The translations under genes were made by a program, and so were the position numbers. Of a stretch of DNA of 64,000 nt, positions 1-10,771 are shown piece after piece. Every line of letters begins with the position of its first letter. Position 1 is the stretch's first letter. The notes below the pieces were generated by a model that saw nothing but the letters and a program-made list of their open reading frames with translations, made no database searches and had not been told where the DNA came from. Source of the DNA: Aquificaceae bacterium (GTDB lineage Bacteria; Aquificota; Aquificia; Aquificales; Aquificaceae); assembly GCA_037925075.1 (NCBI GenBank), contig JAXSNR010000001.1, forward strand, positions 288,001-352,000, read 5' to 3'.

Positions 1-3000
1 TTAGAGGGGTTCAAATCATACGGAAAGGAGAGGGTGGAGATACCCCTTGGTCAGGGCTTTATAAGCGTTGTTGGTCCAAACGGTGCGGGCAAATCCAACA
101 TAGGCGATGCCATATCCTTTAGCCTTGGCATAGCTACCGCAAAGACCCTAAGGGCAAGAAACCTCTCCTACCTCATATACTCAAAAGACTCCGATAGGGC
201 GGATTATGCCTATGTGGAGGTACATTTTAAAAACTATGGGCTTTTCCCGCTACAGGAGGAGGACATATTTATATCAAGAAAGGTCTATCAAGATGGAAGA
301 ACGGTCTTTAGAATAAACGGGGCGGTGGTGAGAGAAAGGGACCTGATGGACTTTCTTTCTAAGGCTGGCATATACGAAAACGCCTACAATGTGGTGCTTC
401 AGGGAGATATAGTAAGGTTTCTGAAGATGACCCCTGTAGAGAGAAGAAAGCTAATTGAAGAGATAGCAGGTATTGAGGAGTACGAAGAGAAAAAGCAAAA
501 GGCTCTGGCAGACCTTGGAGAGGTGGAACTAAAGCTAAGGGAACTCAGGCTCCTTATGGATGAGATGGAAGTTCAGATGGAAAAGCTAAAAGAAGAACTA
601 AAAAGGCTGAACCTCTACAGGGATCTGGAAAGCAGGAGGAAGAGCCTGGAGATAAGGCTAAACCTGAAAAATGCCTACGACCTTCAAAGGAACATAAGGC
701 AAATATCTGAAGGCATGGCTCTAAAGGAGGAAGAACTTGAAAAACTCAGAGAAAGGCTTAAAGAATACCAAGAAAAGCTTGCTCTGGTGGAGGAGGATTT
801 AAAGGGGGTAAGCGAGAGCCTCTTTCCATACAAAGAGAAGGTAGGCAGGCTGTCCCAGTCCATAGAAGGCATAAGCCAAGAGGTAGAAAGGTACAGAAGT
901 AAAATCAACCATATTGGGGAGGAAGTCTTTTCTACACAGGAGCAGATAGGGTCTCTTCAAGCCCAAAGGGAGGCTCTAAACAGGGAAGAGGAGGAACTTT
1001 TGAGAGAGATTGAAGGGCAAGAGGTGGAGCTTTTGGGCTTAGAAGAAGCTACAAGCCTTCTATGGAAGGGCATAAAGGAAAAAGAAGAGAGCTTAAAGAT
1101 CTCCCTTGAAGAGATGGAAAGGACAGAGGAAAAACTCAGAGAGCTTTCTTCCGCTTTGGAAGGTGCAAAGAAGGAACTCTCAAAGATGGAGCTAAAACTA
1201 AAAGAATTGGAGCTAAAAAAGGAAAGAGTAAGGGAGGATATGGAAAGGCTTAAGGAGGAAGAGAAAAAAATAAAGGTAAGCATGGGAGAGTCCATTACAA
1301 GGAAGGAAAACTACCAGAAGATGCTTAGGGAAGAAGAAAAGTCCATGCGTACAAAGAAGGAACAGCACCAGAGGTCGGAAGAAAAGCTAAAAAAGATAAG
1401 ACAGGAAAGGGAAGAGGTTCTAAAGGAAATAGCCATGCTCAAGGGCAGACTTGCCAGCATGCCACCGGAGGACCTTCCCTTTGAGGGCATAGAGGGGGTG
1501 TACGGCAGGGCTTCGAGCCTCGTAAGGGTGAAAGACCTTGAATACCTTAGGGCGGTTGAAACCGCAGGGGGTGGGAGGCTCTCTTACGTGGTGGTGCAAG
1601 ACGAAGAAGTGGCAAAAAGGTGCATACAAAGACTGAAGGAGCTCAAATGGGGAAGGCTAAACTTTATACCCTTAAACAGGATAAGGGAAACAAACCTACC
1701 CCCCTATCCACCAAGAAACAGAGGAGTTATAGACTTTGTGGTGAACCTTCTTGAGTACGACAAAAGGTTTGAAAGGGCAGTAAGGTTTATCTTTGGAGAT
1801 ACGCTACTCGTGGATAGCTTTGAAACCGCCAAAAGCCTTGGAAACTCTTACAGGATGGTTACCCTTGATGGAGAGCTTTTTGAAAAAAGCGGTGTTATAA
1901 GCGGTGGGCACAGCGATGAGAGGGCAGAGCTTGGAAGAGGCTTCTATCTTGAAGAATTAAACAGGCTTTTAGATCTTGAACAAAGACTAAAGGAAGAGGA
2001 GCAAAAGGAGGAAAAACTCCTAAAAGTCCTCAGAGATGAGCTTCTTGAAAAGGAAAGCGTTATAGCTATACTCCGAAGAAGGCTTGAGGAGGTGGAAGAA
2101 GCAGACAAGTCTGGCTATCAAAGGCTAAAAGACCTACAAGAAAAACTTCAGAAGGCGGAAGAATACCTTCAAATACTGGAAGAAGAGTCCCAAGAGACAA
2201 AAAAGAAATCACAATCTCTAAGAGAAGAGATAGCTTACCTTGAGGAAAAGCTGGAAAACCTCCACATAAAGAGGCAATCGGTCTTGATCCACTACAAGGA
2301 GTCTGGAGTGGAAGACCTTAGACGAGAATACGAGAAACACAAGCAAAGGATAGAAAGGCTTAAGGAATCCATACACCTTCAACAGCTTAAACTAAAAGAA
2401 CTCCAGATGGAAAAGGAAAGCTTGCAGAAGGAAATAGGTAGAAAACTTGCCTTTATTGATAATGCCCAAGAAGAAGTCAAAAAACTAAACTACGAGCTGG
2501 AGGAGCTACACAGAAAAAGGCAGGAGATGGAGGAGGAGCTAAAGGAGATCAACCTACAGGCTTACGAGCTATACAGAAGAAAGGACAAACTGGAAGAAGA
2601 GCAAAAAGGTCTTCAGTCGGAGCTTGGAAGGCTGAAGTTTCATGAAGAAACCCTAAAAGAAGAACTTCATAGGCTTGGGCTTGAGAGGGCAAAGCTTGAG
2701 GAAAAATACGAGGAAAGTCTCAGCAGGCTAAAAGAGCTTGGCTATGAGGGAGATGTGGTGGAGGTAAAAGAAGGGTCTGGAAAGCTCAGGGAAGAGCTCT
2801 CAAGCATACTTAGGGAACTATCTTCTTTGGGTGGTGTAAACTTCAGGGCGGAGGAAGAGTATAAGGAATACGAAGAGAGATACAAGGACTATCAGGAAAG
2901 GTACAGAAAGCTAAGGGAAGAAAAGGAGTCCATAAGGAACCTTATACAGGAAATAGAAACAAAAAAGCTGAAAGCCTTTATGGAGACCTTTCAGGCGGTA

Positions 3001-3435
3001 GATAAAAACCTAAGGCGCATATTTTCGGAGCTTTCTCCCGGCGGGAAGGCGTACATGGTGCTTGAAAGAGAAGATGACCCCCTTTCTGGAGGCGTGAGCT
3101 TAGTGGTAAAACCAAGAGGCAAAGAGGTACAATATTTGGAAGCCATATCTGGTGGTGAGAAAACCCTTGCGGCACTGTCGCTCATATTTGCCATACAAGA
3201 CTACAGACCATCACCCTTTTACTACTTTGATGAGGTGGATGCCCATCTTGATGAGGCAAACGCCAGAAGGGTTGGGGAGCTTCTAAAGGAAAGGTCAAAG
3301 AAGGCTCAGTTTATAGTGGTTACCCTGAGGGAGGTGCTCGCCAGCTTTGCAGACAAGGTTATAGGCGTAAGTGGAAGGGGTGGGGTCTCCAAGGTCTTTA
3401 CCCTGGAAAACACCACCCAACTTCTCACTGGTTAA
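1..3435 (+). CDS. smc: Chromosome segregation protein SMC (5'-truncated by window edge)
   Basis: Frame open from base 1 (LEGFKSYG...). Walker A GPNGAGKS, long coiled coils, hinge GRLNFIPL, signature ISGGEK, Walker B FDEVDAHLD. Confidence 0.97.
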   Translation, partial: LEGFKSYGKERVEIPLGQGFISVVGPNGAGKSNIGDAISFSLGIATAKTLRARNLSYLIYSKDSDRADYAYVEVHFKNYGLFPLQEEDIFISRKVYQDGRTVFRINGAVVRERDLMDFLSKAGIYENAYNVVLQGDIVRFLKMTPVERRKLIEEIAGIEEYEEKKQKALADLGEVELKLRELRLLMDEMEVQMEKLKEELKRLNLYRDLESRRKSLEIRLNLKNAYDLQRNIRQISEGMALKEEELEKLRERLKEYQEKLALVEEDLKGVSESLFPYKEKVGRLSQSIEGISQEVERYRSKINHIGEEVFSTQEQIGSLQAQREALNREEEELLREIEGQEVELLGLEEATSLLWKGIKEKEESLKISLEEMERTEEKLRELSSALEGAKKELSKMELKLKELELKKERVREDMERLKEEEKKIKVSMGESITRKENYQKMLREEEKSMRTKKEQHQRSEEKLKKIRQEREEVLKEIAMLKGRLASMPPEDLPFEGIEGVYGRASSLVRVKDLEYLRAVETAGGGRLSYVVVQDEEVAKRCIQRLKELKWGRLNFIPLNRIRETNLPPYPPRNRGVIDFVVNLLEYDKRFERAVRFIFGDTLLVDSFETAKSLGNSYRMVTLDGELFEKSGVISGGHSDERAELGRGFYLEELNRLLDLEQRLKEEEQKEEKLLKVLRDELLEKESVIAILRRRLEEVEEADKSGYQRLKDLQEKLQKAEEYLQILEEESQETKKKSQSLREEIAYLEEKLENLHIKRQSVLIHYKESGVEDLRREYEKHKQRIERLKESIHLQQLKLKELQMEKESLQKEIGRKLAFIDNAQEEVKKLNYELEELHRKRQEMEEELKEINLQAYELYRRKDKLEEEQKGLQSELGRLKFHEETLKEELHRLGLERAKLEEKYEESLSRLKELGYEGDVVEVKEGSGKLREELSSILRELSSLGGVNFRAEEEYKEYEERYKDYQERYRKLREEKESIRNLIQEIETKKLKAFMETFQAVDKNLRRIFSELSPGGKAYMVLEREDDPLSGGVSLVVKPRGKEVQYLEAISGGEKTLAALSLIFAIQDYRPSPFYYFDEVDAHLDEANARRVGELLKERSKKAQFIVVTLREVLASFADKVIGVSGRGGVSKVFTLENTTQLLTG

Positions 3436-5860
3436 ATATGGCTTCTAACTTTTCCTTCTTTTTGACAGGCTTTATGTAAGGCTTGTCATCCTTTACCTTT
3501 ATCTCTACAAGCTCCACATCCGCAAGGGTTCCCTTGAGTAGCTCTTCCGCCAGAAGGTCTTCCACATGGTGCTGGAGTGCCCTTTTGAGGCTTCTTGCTC
3601 CATACTCGGGCTTGTACTCTTTGTCTATTATCCAGTCTACAAAGCTCTTGTGCAGTTTTACCCTTATGCCCCACTCTTGGAGGCTCTTGTTCACCTGCTC
3701 AAGCTGAAGCTCAAGTATCTTGACCACATCGTTCTTTTCAAGAGGTCTATACACTATAACCTCGTCTAACCTGTTTAGAAACTCTGGACTAAAAGTCCTT
3801 TTAACCTGGTCAAGGACGTTCTTCTTCATCTGTTCGTAGTCTATCATGCCAAACTTCTTTTCAAAGCCCATCTGAGACCCATGGGCTATAAGCCTTGCAC
3901 CCAAGTTGGAGGTCATTATGATTATGGTGTTGGAAAAGTCTACCGTCCTTCCCATGGCATCGGTAAGCCTTCCGTCGTCAAATATCTGGAGGAAGATGTT
4001 AAACACATCAGGATGAGCCTTCTCTATTTCATCAAAGAGAAGCACCGAATAGGGTCTTCTTCTTACCTTCTCCGTAAGCTGTCCGCCCTCTTCATATCCC
4101 ACATAGCCCGGAGGCGCACCCACAAGCCTTGAAACCGTATGCTTTTCCATGTATTCGGACATGTCAAACCTTATGAGGGCTTCTTCTGATCCGAAAAGGT
4201 ATTCCGCGAGGGCTTTTGCGGTTTCTGTTTTCCCTACTCCCGTGGGTCCAAGGAAGAGGAAAACGCCTATAGGTCTGTGTCTTCCTTTCAGTCCAACCCT
4301 TGACCTTCTTATGGCTTTGGCTATAACCTTTATGGCATCATCCTGACCTATAACCCTTTTGTGAAGTTCCTCCTCTATATGTAGGAGCTTTTCCATATCG
4401 TTCTCGTGTATCCTCTTTACAGGTATGCCCGTCCATCTTGCCACCACCTCCGCCACATCCTCTTCCGTAACCTTTGGCCTGTTTGTGGTCATTTCTTGCT
4501 TCCACTTAGCTTTCAGGCTTTCAAGCTTTGCCCTAAGCCTTAGCTCCTCGTCTCTTAACCTTGCCGCTTTTTCGTAGTCCTGTTCGCTTGCAGCTTGGTC
4601 CTTTTTCTGTTCTATCTCCCTTATATTCTCCTCTATTTCCTTTAAATCTGGAGGCAACTGGTAAGCCCTGAGTTTTACCAGCGAGCCAGCCTCGTCTATT
4701 ACATCTATGGCTTTGTCTGGGAGGTTTCTCTCTGTTATGTACCTTTCAGAGAGAGTAACAGCCTTTTCTATGGCTTCAGGCGTGTATTCCACGTTGTGGA
4801 ACTCCTCAAACTTGGGCTTGAGGCCATACAGTATCCTTATGGTGTCTTCCTGTGAGGGTTGGTCCACTATTATGGGCTGGAACCTTCTCTCCAAGGCACC
4901 ATCTTTCTCTATGTATTTCCTGTATTCATCAAGGGTGGTGGCACCTATGACCTGTATTTCGCCTCTTGCAAGGGCTGGCTTTAGCATGTTGCTGGCGTCT
5001 ATGGAGCCTTCCGCAGAACCCGCACCCACAAGGGTATGTATTTCGTCGATGAAGAGTATCACATTGGGTGCCTTCTCAAGCTCTTTGAGGATGTTTTTGA
5101 GCCTTTCTTCAAATTGCCCCCTGTACTTTGTTCCTGCAACAAGGGCCGCAAGGTCAAGGGCTACAACCCTCTTGTTTAGAAGTGGGTCTGGAACCTGTTT
5201 GTAGGCTATCCTTTGAGCAAGCCCTTCCACTATAGCGGTTTTCCCAACGCCAGGGTCTCCAAGAAGAACTGGGTTGTTTTTCCTTCTTCTGACCAGTATC
5301 TGAATTACCCTATCTATTTCCTTTTCCCTTCCTATAACCGGGTCTAACTTTCCTTCCCTTGCCATCTGGGTGAGATCTCTGGAAAACCTATCGAGGTTTG
5401 GCGTGGGTGCGTACTTGGTGGTCTCTTGTGGCGGTAGCTCTCCAAGAATTTGAAGGACTTCTCTTCTGACCGAATACTCGTCAAGACCAAAGCCTCTGAG
5501 GATCCTTCCACCCAAGCCCGTTTTTTCCCTAACTATGCCTATAAGCAGGTGTTCCGGTCCAACAAACTGGTGGTGGAGTATGCGTGCTTCCTCTACCGCA
5601 AACTCAAGGACCCTTTTGGCATCGGGTGCGAAAAGTATTTCACCCGAATGGCTACCACGGGTTATCTGACCCATTATGGCTTTGCGCACCTTCTCTTGGG
5701 TCAACCCAAAGCGAGCAAGCACAAGGGAAGGCAAGTCTTCTTCCCTTATGAGAGAAAGTAGTATGTGCTCACTGCCAAGGTATGTATGCCCAAGCTCTAT
5801 GGCTTCCTCTCTTGCTTGAAGTATTACCTGCCTTGCCTTTTCTGTAAACTTCTCAAACAT
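3425..5860 (-). CDS. clpC: ATP-dependent Clp protease ATPase ClpC
   Basis: [11 protein letters not shown]-domain repeats, two AAA+ modules ([16 protein letters not shown]), UVR-type middle domain, MGF ClpP-docking loop. Start placed at ATG 5860 after GAGGTG. Confidence 0.95.
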   Translation of the reverse strand: MFEKFTEKARQVILQAREEAIELGHTYLGSEHILLSLIREEDLPSLVLARFGLTQEKVRKAIMGQITRGSHSGEILFAPDAKRVLEFAVEEARILHHQFVGPEHLLIGIVREKTGLGGRILRGFGLDEYSVRREVLQILGELPPQETTKYAPTPNLDRFSRDLTQMAREGKLDPVIGREKEIDRVIQILVRRRKNNPVLLGDPGVGKTAIVEGLAQRIAYKQVPDPLLNKRVVALDLAALVAGTKYRGQFEERLKNILKELEKAPNVILFIDEIHTLVGAGSAEGSIDASNMLKPALARGEIQVIGATTLDEYRKYIEKDGALERRFQPIIVDQPSQEDTIRILYGLKPKFEEFHNVEYTPEAIEKAVTLSERYITERNLPDKAIDVIDEAGSLVKLRAYQLPPDLKEIEENIREIEQKKDQAASEQDYEKAARLRDEELRLRAKLESLKAKWKQEMTTNRPKVTEEDVAEVVARWTGIPVKRIHENDMEKLLHIEEELHKRVIGQDDAIKVIAKAIRRSRVGLKGRHRPIGVFLFLGPTGVGKTETAKALAEYLFGSEEALIRFDMSEYMEKHTVSRLVGAPPGYVGYEEGGQLTEKVRRRPYSVLLFDEIEKAHPDVFNIFLQIFDDGRLTDAMGRTVDFSNTIIIMTSNLGARLIAHGSQMGFEKKFGMIDYEQMKKNVLDQVKRTFSPEFLNRLDEVIVYRPLEKNDVVKILELQLEQVNKSLQEWGIRVKLHKSFVDWIIDKEYKPEYGARSLKRALQHHVEDLLAEELLKGTLADVELVEIKVKDDKPYIKPVKKKEKLEAIFNQ

Positions 5861-5935
5861 CTCTCGCACCTCTCTTATAGGATAAAGATAAGGAGGGGAA
5901 AAAGTTTTGCAATAAGGATTATACTATTTAACATC

Positions 5936-7387
5936 ATGTACATTCCCTTTGCAAGGAAGTACAGACCAAGAAACTTTTCTGAGGTGGTGGGTCAAGAGAC
6001 TGCGGTGCGCGTTCTAAAGAACGCGGTAAGACTGGGTAAGATTTCCCACGCCTACCTGTTTGCGGGGACCAGAGGCACTGGAAAAACCACCCTCGCAAGA
6101 ATACTTACAAAGGCGGTGAACTGTCTGAACCCTTCAGAGGGAGAGCCCTGCGGAAAGTGTGAGAACTGCCTTGCCATAGATAGGGGAGTTTTCCCAGACC
6201 TGATCGAGATAGACGCTGCGTCCAACAGGGGGATAGATGATATAAGAGCCATAAGAGATGCGGTATCCTATACGCCCATAAAGGGTAGATACAAGGTTTA
6301 TATCCTTGATGAGGCGCACATGCTTACCAAAGAAGCCTTTAACGCTCTTCTGAAAACTCTTGAGGAACCACCACCAAGAACCATATTCATCCTTTGCACC
6401 ACCGAATACGAAAAAATAATGCCAACCATACTATCAAGATGTCAGAGGCTCATATTCTCAAGACTAAGGGATGAGGAGATAGCCCAACACCTTAAAAGCA
6501 TATGCGAAAAAGAGGGGCTTCAATACGAGGATAGGGCACTTATGACCATAGCCAAGATAAGCGGTGGTGCCATGAGGGATGCTGTCTCTCTGCTTGACCA
6601 GATAAGCATATACGGTGAGGGAAAGGTAAACTCTGAGCTTTTGGAGGAATTTTTAGGGATAGTCTCCCAGGATAGGGTAAGGGATTTTTTGAAGATGCTG
6701 TTGAATGCAGAAGTGGACAATGCCCTGAACTTTCTCAGGGACATAAGTCAGAAGGGCTTTAATCTTTTGAGGTTCTGGGATTTTCTTGAGGAAGAGCTCA
6801 ACAGCCTTATACTCTACAAAAGCCTAAAGGATCCTGAAAGGGTAATCAGGGTCGATGATTTCCACAGGCAACTAAAAGATGCGCCCCTTAACGCACTGCT
6901 TTATCTTGAAAAAGTTATAAACACCGCAAGGTTAGACGCCAGAAGTAGGGACTTCATAAGAGCCTGTGAGCTTGCCGTCGTAAAAACTCAGATAGTAAAG
7001 GACATACTTCCCATAGGCGAACTGCTAAGCCACCTCTCTTCTCAAAGGGTCTCAGGAGAATCCAAAAGTCAAGAGGAAGCCAAAGAAGACCCCTTGAAGG
7101 ATTTGGAGGGTAAGCTGGACACCTTGATCCTTGAGGTTCTAAGAAGGTCAAGGAGAGAGTTTAAGGGGGATAAGGTTGTTTTTTACATAAGGGAAGGAGA
7201 GCTAAAAGAGCAGGACATGCAGAAAATAAGAGCTTTAAACCCAAGGATTGACTTTCTTATTGAAACAGAGAAAGAAGAGGGTAGTCTTCCTCCCTTTGTG
7301 GAGAAGGTAAAGGATATATTTGGAGCCAAGTTGATAAGTCATGAGCAAAGAGGTAAGGGCAAGGGTACTTCTGGTAAAGGTTCCTAA
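5936..7387 (+). CDS. dnaX: DNA polymerase III subunit gamma/tau
   Basis: ARKYRP, GTRGTGKT, Zn-finger C-x8-C-x2-C-x2-C, EIDAASN, DEAHML, SRC. Start placed at ATG 5936; the track's 5765 start overlaps clpC. Confidence 0.96.
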   Translation: MYIPFARKYRPRNFSEVVGQETAVRVLKNAVRLGKISHAYLFAGTRGTGKTTLARILTKAVNCLNPSEGEPCGKCENCLAIDRGVFPDLIEIDAASNRGIDDIRAIRDAVSYTPIKGRYKVYILDEAHMLTKEAFNALLKTLEEPPPRTIFILCTTEYEKIMPTILSRCQRLIFSRLRDEEIAQHLKSICEKEGLQYEDRALMTIAKISGGAMRDAVSLLDQISIYGEGKVNSELLEEFLGIVSQDRVRDFLKMLLNAEVDNALNFLRDISQKGFNLLRFWDFLEEELNSLILYKSLKDPERVIRVDDFHRQLKDAPLNALLYLEKVINTARLDARSRDFIRACELAVVKTQIVKDILPIGELLSHLSSQRVSGESKSQEEAKEDPLKDLEGKLDTLILEVLRRSRREFKGDKVVFYIREGELKEQDMQKIRALNPRIDFLIETEKEEGSLPPFVEKVKDIFGAKLISHEQRGKGKGTSGKGS

Positions 7388-7592
7388 GGAGAAGATAGGG
7401 CTTTTTACAGCCCTTATGGATGGGTCTGGTAGAAGGGCGGTGGTCAGGACAAAGGAGAAAAGCTCGCAGGAGGTCTACCTCATAGCCACACCGGACACCT
7501 TTCCTGAGCTTTTGCCTGTTCTGGAGTTAATAAAAAAACACATGCCGGAATTGGAGATACTTGGAGAGAGTGAGGACTTGGATGTGGGATAG
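7341..7592 (+). CDS. Small hypothetical protein, DUF4911-like
   Basis: 83-aa ORF coupled to dnaX; the KEKIGLF...AVVRT...LIATPD pattern resembles DUF4911. Confidence 0.6.
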   Translation: MSKEVRARVLLVKVPKEKIGLFTALMDGSGRRAVVRTKEKSSQEVYLIATPDTFPELLPVLELIKKHMPELEILGESEDLDVG

Positions 7593-8715
7593 AAACAGAG
7601 CATACAGGTTTATAGTTCTGATGGGGTTTGTAAGCCTTCTGTCCGATTTTACCTACGAAGGAGCAAAGGGTATCATAGGTCCGTACCTTGCCAGTTTGGG
7701 TGCAACCGCCTTCGCAATAAGCCTTATATCGGGGCTTTCTGAGTTGGCGGGGTATTGGATCAGGCTTCTTTCTGGCTTGCTATCGGACAGGCTAAGAAGC
7801 TACTGGTTTTTTACCCTTTTTGGCTATGCCCTTAACTTGCTTTCTGTACCCTTGCTGGGGTTTGCCAAGAGCTGGCATGTTGCGGGCTTTTTGGTTTTTC
7901 TTGAAAGGGCTGGCAAGGGGCTAAGGACTCCTTCCAGGGATACACTCCTTTCGGGGGCTACGAGCCTGGTGGGACACGGTAAGGGCTTTGGACTTCATGA
8001 ATTTCTTGACCAGCTTGGTGCGGTGCTGGGACCTCTGGTGGTGGGCTCCTTGCTCCTTTTGGGGTTTGGTTACAAGTACGCCTTTTTTATGCTGTTTTTC
8101 CCTACAATGCTTGCCTTGATCCTTCTTATGGTTGCAAAGAAAAGCTATCCTTTAAAGGTGGAGCAAAGGGCTACAGACCCGGCGGGAATGGGCTTTAGTA
8201 AAGGCTTTTATCTTTACCTTTTTGCGTCCTCCTTTGTTGCTCTTGGCTTTCTTCAATTTCCTCTCGTGGGTTTTCATCTTTCGGAGGTCTTTTCTTTGCA
8301 GGGTTGGCAGGTTGCCTTTTTGTTTGCTCTTGCCATGTTGGTGGATGCCTTTTCCGCCATAATTTTTGGTCTTTTGTACGATAGAATAGGGTTTTCATCT
8401 CTTATGCTTGGCTTATCCTTTGGCTTGTTGGCACCAGCCCTTTTGTTCCTGTGGAGTAAGCCAGTAATAGCGGTGGTGCTATGGGGTATAAGCCTTGGCG
8501 TTCAGGAGTCCATAATGCGTTCCGCCATCGCAGACCTGTCTCCCAAAGACCTCAGGGGCAAAGCCTACGGAGTTTTCCACTTCTTCTTTGGTCTTTCCGC
8601 CTTTCTTGGTGGTGCCTTGATGGGCCTTTTGTATGAACTTTCTCCCAAGTATCTTGTTATTTATTCCCTTGTGCTTCATCTTTTAGCCCTCGGGTTTATG
8701 CTAAGGCTAAGATGA
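7582..8715 (+). CDS. MFS transporter
   Basis: About 12 hydrophobic segments; motifs SGLLSDRL, ERAGKGLRTPSRD, GLLYDRIG. Confidence 0.9.
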   Translation: MWDRNRAYRFIVLMGFVSLLSDFTYEGAKGIIGPYLASLGATAFAISLISGLSELAGYWIRLLSGLLSDRLRSYWFFTLFGYALNLLSVPLLGFAKSWHVAGFLVFLERAGKGLRTPSRDTLLSGATSLVGHGKGFGLHEFLDQLGAVLGPLVVGSLLLLGFGYKYAFFMLFFPTMLALILLMVAKKSYPLKVEQRATDPAGMGFSKGFYLYLFASSFVALGFLQFPLVGFHLSEVFSLQGWQVAFLFALAMLVDAFSAIIFGLLYDRIGFSSLMLGLSFGLLAPALLFLWSKPVIAVVLWGISLGVQESIMRSAIADLSPKDLRGKAYGVFHFFFGLSAFLGGALMGLLYELSPKYLVIYSLVLHLLALGFMLRLR

Positions 8716-9365
8716 AGAGGGAAGACCTGCCCACAGTCCTTGAGATAATGAGGGGAGAATATCCAAAGTGGCATGCTCCCATCGTCAAGCTTATAGCCCA
8801 GAAGAGAAGGGACCCTCTTAGTGCCCTTCTTTGTGCCCTTCTTTCCACAAGAACAAGGGACGAGACCACAGCGGAAGTATGCGGAAGGTTTTTACAAAGG
8901 GTAAAAAGCCCGCAGGACCTTTTGGAGATGGGCCTTCAGGAGCTCGAAAAGCTCATATACCCTGTGGGCTTTTACAGAAACAAGGCAAGGCATCTAAAAG
9001 AGCTTGCAAAACAGCTTTTAGAGGAGTTTGAGGGCAAGGTGCCAGATACTTTAGAGGACCTTCTCAGGCTTAGGGGGGTTGGCAGAAAGGTGGCAAACAT
9101 AGTGCTTTCCGAGGGCTTTGGAAAACCCGCCATAGCGGTGGATGTGCATGTGCATCGCATAAGCAACCGCTGGGGGCTTGTGCATACAAAAACACCAGAG
9201 GAAACAGAAGAAGCCCTGATGAAAATCCTTCCGCAAGAGTACTGGAGGGACTACAACAGGCTTTTGGTGGCTTTCGGACAGACCATATGCAAGCCTGTAA
9301 AGCCAAGATGCCAAGATTGTCCAATAAAAGGATGGTGCGACTATTATAATAGTTTGTCATGGTAG
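8712..9365 (+). CDS. nth: Endonuclease III (HhH-GPD, 4Fe-4S)
   Basis: LRGVGRKVAN HhH motif, AVDVHVHRI, C-x6-C-x2-C-x5-C cluster motif. Confidence 0.95.
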   Translation: MKREDLPTVLEIMRGEYPKWHAPIVKLIAQKRRDPLSALLCALLSTRTRDETTAEVCGRFLQRVKSPQDLLEMGLQELEKLIYPVGFYRNKARHLKELAKQLLEEFEGKVPDTLEDLLRLRGVGRKVANIVLSEGFGKPAIAVDVHVHRISNRWGLVHTKTPEETEEALMKILPQEYWRDYNRLLVAFGQTICKPVKPRCQDCPIKGWCDYYNSLSW

Positions 9366-10768
9366 TTTCGCGCTTTGCACCCAGTCCCACAGGCTATTTA
9401 CATCTTGGAAACGCAAGGACCGCCATCTTCAGTTATCTTTTTGCAAGACACCACGGAGGTAAGTTTATCCTCAGAATTGAGGACACGGACAGGGAAAGGT
9501 CCACAAAGGAGTTTGAGGAGATGCTCCTTGAGGACCTAATGTGGCTCGGTCTTGATTGGGATGAGTTTTACAGACAGTCAGAGAGGTTTCACATATACGA
9601 GGAGTATGCCCAAAGGCTTGTAGAAAGCGGACATGCCTACCCATGCTTTTGCTCCGTAGAAGAGCTTGAGGAAGAAAGGAAAAAAGCGGAAGAAAAGGGC
9701 ATTCCTTACAGGTACTCTGGCAAGTGTAGAGCCCTGAGCAAGGAAGAAGCTGAGGATTTAAAAAAAGATGGAAAGCCTTATACCATACGTTTTAGGGTGC
9801 CAGATGGAAGGGTTGTGGTCTTTGAAGACCTAATAAAGGGGCATATAGCCATAAACGTGGATGATTTTGGAGACTTTGTAATAGTCAGAAGCGACGGCAC
9901 GCCCACCTATAACTTTGTGGTGGTTGTGGATGACGCCTTGATGGGAGTGACCCATGTGATAAGGGGGGAGGACCACATACCAAACACGCCAAAGCAAATA
10001 CTCATATACGAAGCTCTTGGCTTTGATGTTCCAAAGTTTGCCCACCTTCCGGTTATACTGGGTGAAGACAGAAGCAAGCTTTCCAAAAGGCACGGAGCGG
10101 TCTCCGTAAGGAACTACAGAGAGGAGGGCTACATTCCCGAAGCTCTGTTTAACTACCTTTGCCTCCTTGGCTGGGCTCCAAAGGAGGAAGGGAAGGAGAT
10201 ATATTCAAAGGAAGAGCTTATAGGGATTTTCCAGCTTGAGGATGTGAACTCTTCTCCTGCGGTGTTTAGTAAAGAGAAGCTCAGGTGGATGAACGGGGTT
10301 TACATAAGGGAGGTTTTGCCTCTTGACAGGCTTGTGGAGGAGTTTATACCCTTCCTTGAAAGGGCAGGCTACAAAGTGGAAAGGGACTATGTAAAAAGGG
10401 TGCTTCAAAAGACAAGGGACTCCTTTGAAACACTTCTTGAGGGAGTTGAAAGGCTAAAGCCCTTCTTTGCACAGGAGGTAAGCTATTCGGAAGAGGCGCT
10501 TGCGGTGCTTGAAAACCAGTCCTCGAGAAGTGTGCTTGAACTTTTCCTTCAAAAGGCACAAGAAGGTGATCTAAGCTCCCAAAGGATAAAGGAGATAGCC
10601 AAAGAGATACAAAAAGAACTAAACTTAAAGGCTAAGGATGTGTGGCATGCTTTGAGAGCGTCCCTTACGGGAGAGTTAGAGGGAGTGGGCGTGGACATCA
10701 TATGCGATGTGATGCCAAAGGAGAAGGTTTTGGAAAGGGTTATAAGAGCCTTGAAACTCTTGGGCTAA
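9359..10768 (+). CDS. gltX: Glutamate--tRNA ligase
   Basis: RFAPSPTGYLHLGN (HIGH), LRIEDTD, IRGEDH, KLSKR. Confidence 0.97.
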   Translation: MVVSRFAPSPTGYLHLGNARTAIFSYLFARHHGGKFILRIEDTDRERSTKEFEEMLLEDLMWLGLDWDEFYRQSERFHIYEEYAQRLVESGHAYPCFCSVEELEEERKKAEEKGIPYRYSGKCRALSKEEAEDLKKDGKPYTIRFRVPDGRVVVFEDLIKGHIAINVDDFGDFVIVRSDGTPTYNFVVVVDDALMGVTHVIRGEDHIPNTPKQILIYEALGFDVPKFAHLPVILGEDRSKLSKRHGAVSVRNYREEGYIPEALFNYLCLLGWAPKEEGKEIYSKEELIGIFQLEDVNSSPAVFSKEKLRWMNGVYIREVLPLDRLVEEFIPFLERAGYKVERDYVKRVLQKTRDSFETLLEGVERLKPFFAQEVSYSEEALAVLENQSSRSVLELFLQKAQEGDLSSQRIKEIAKEIQKELNLKAKDVWHALRASLTGELEGVGVDIICDVMPKEKVLERVIRALKLLG

Positions 10769-10771
10769 AGG

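Noticed and set aside
5936..7387. Programmed frameshift in dnaX
   Set aside because: No clear slippery run with downstream hairpin and stop identified.
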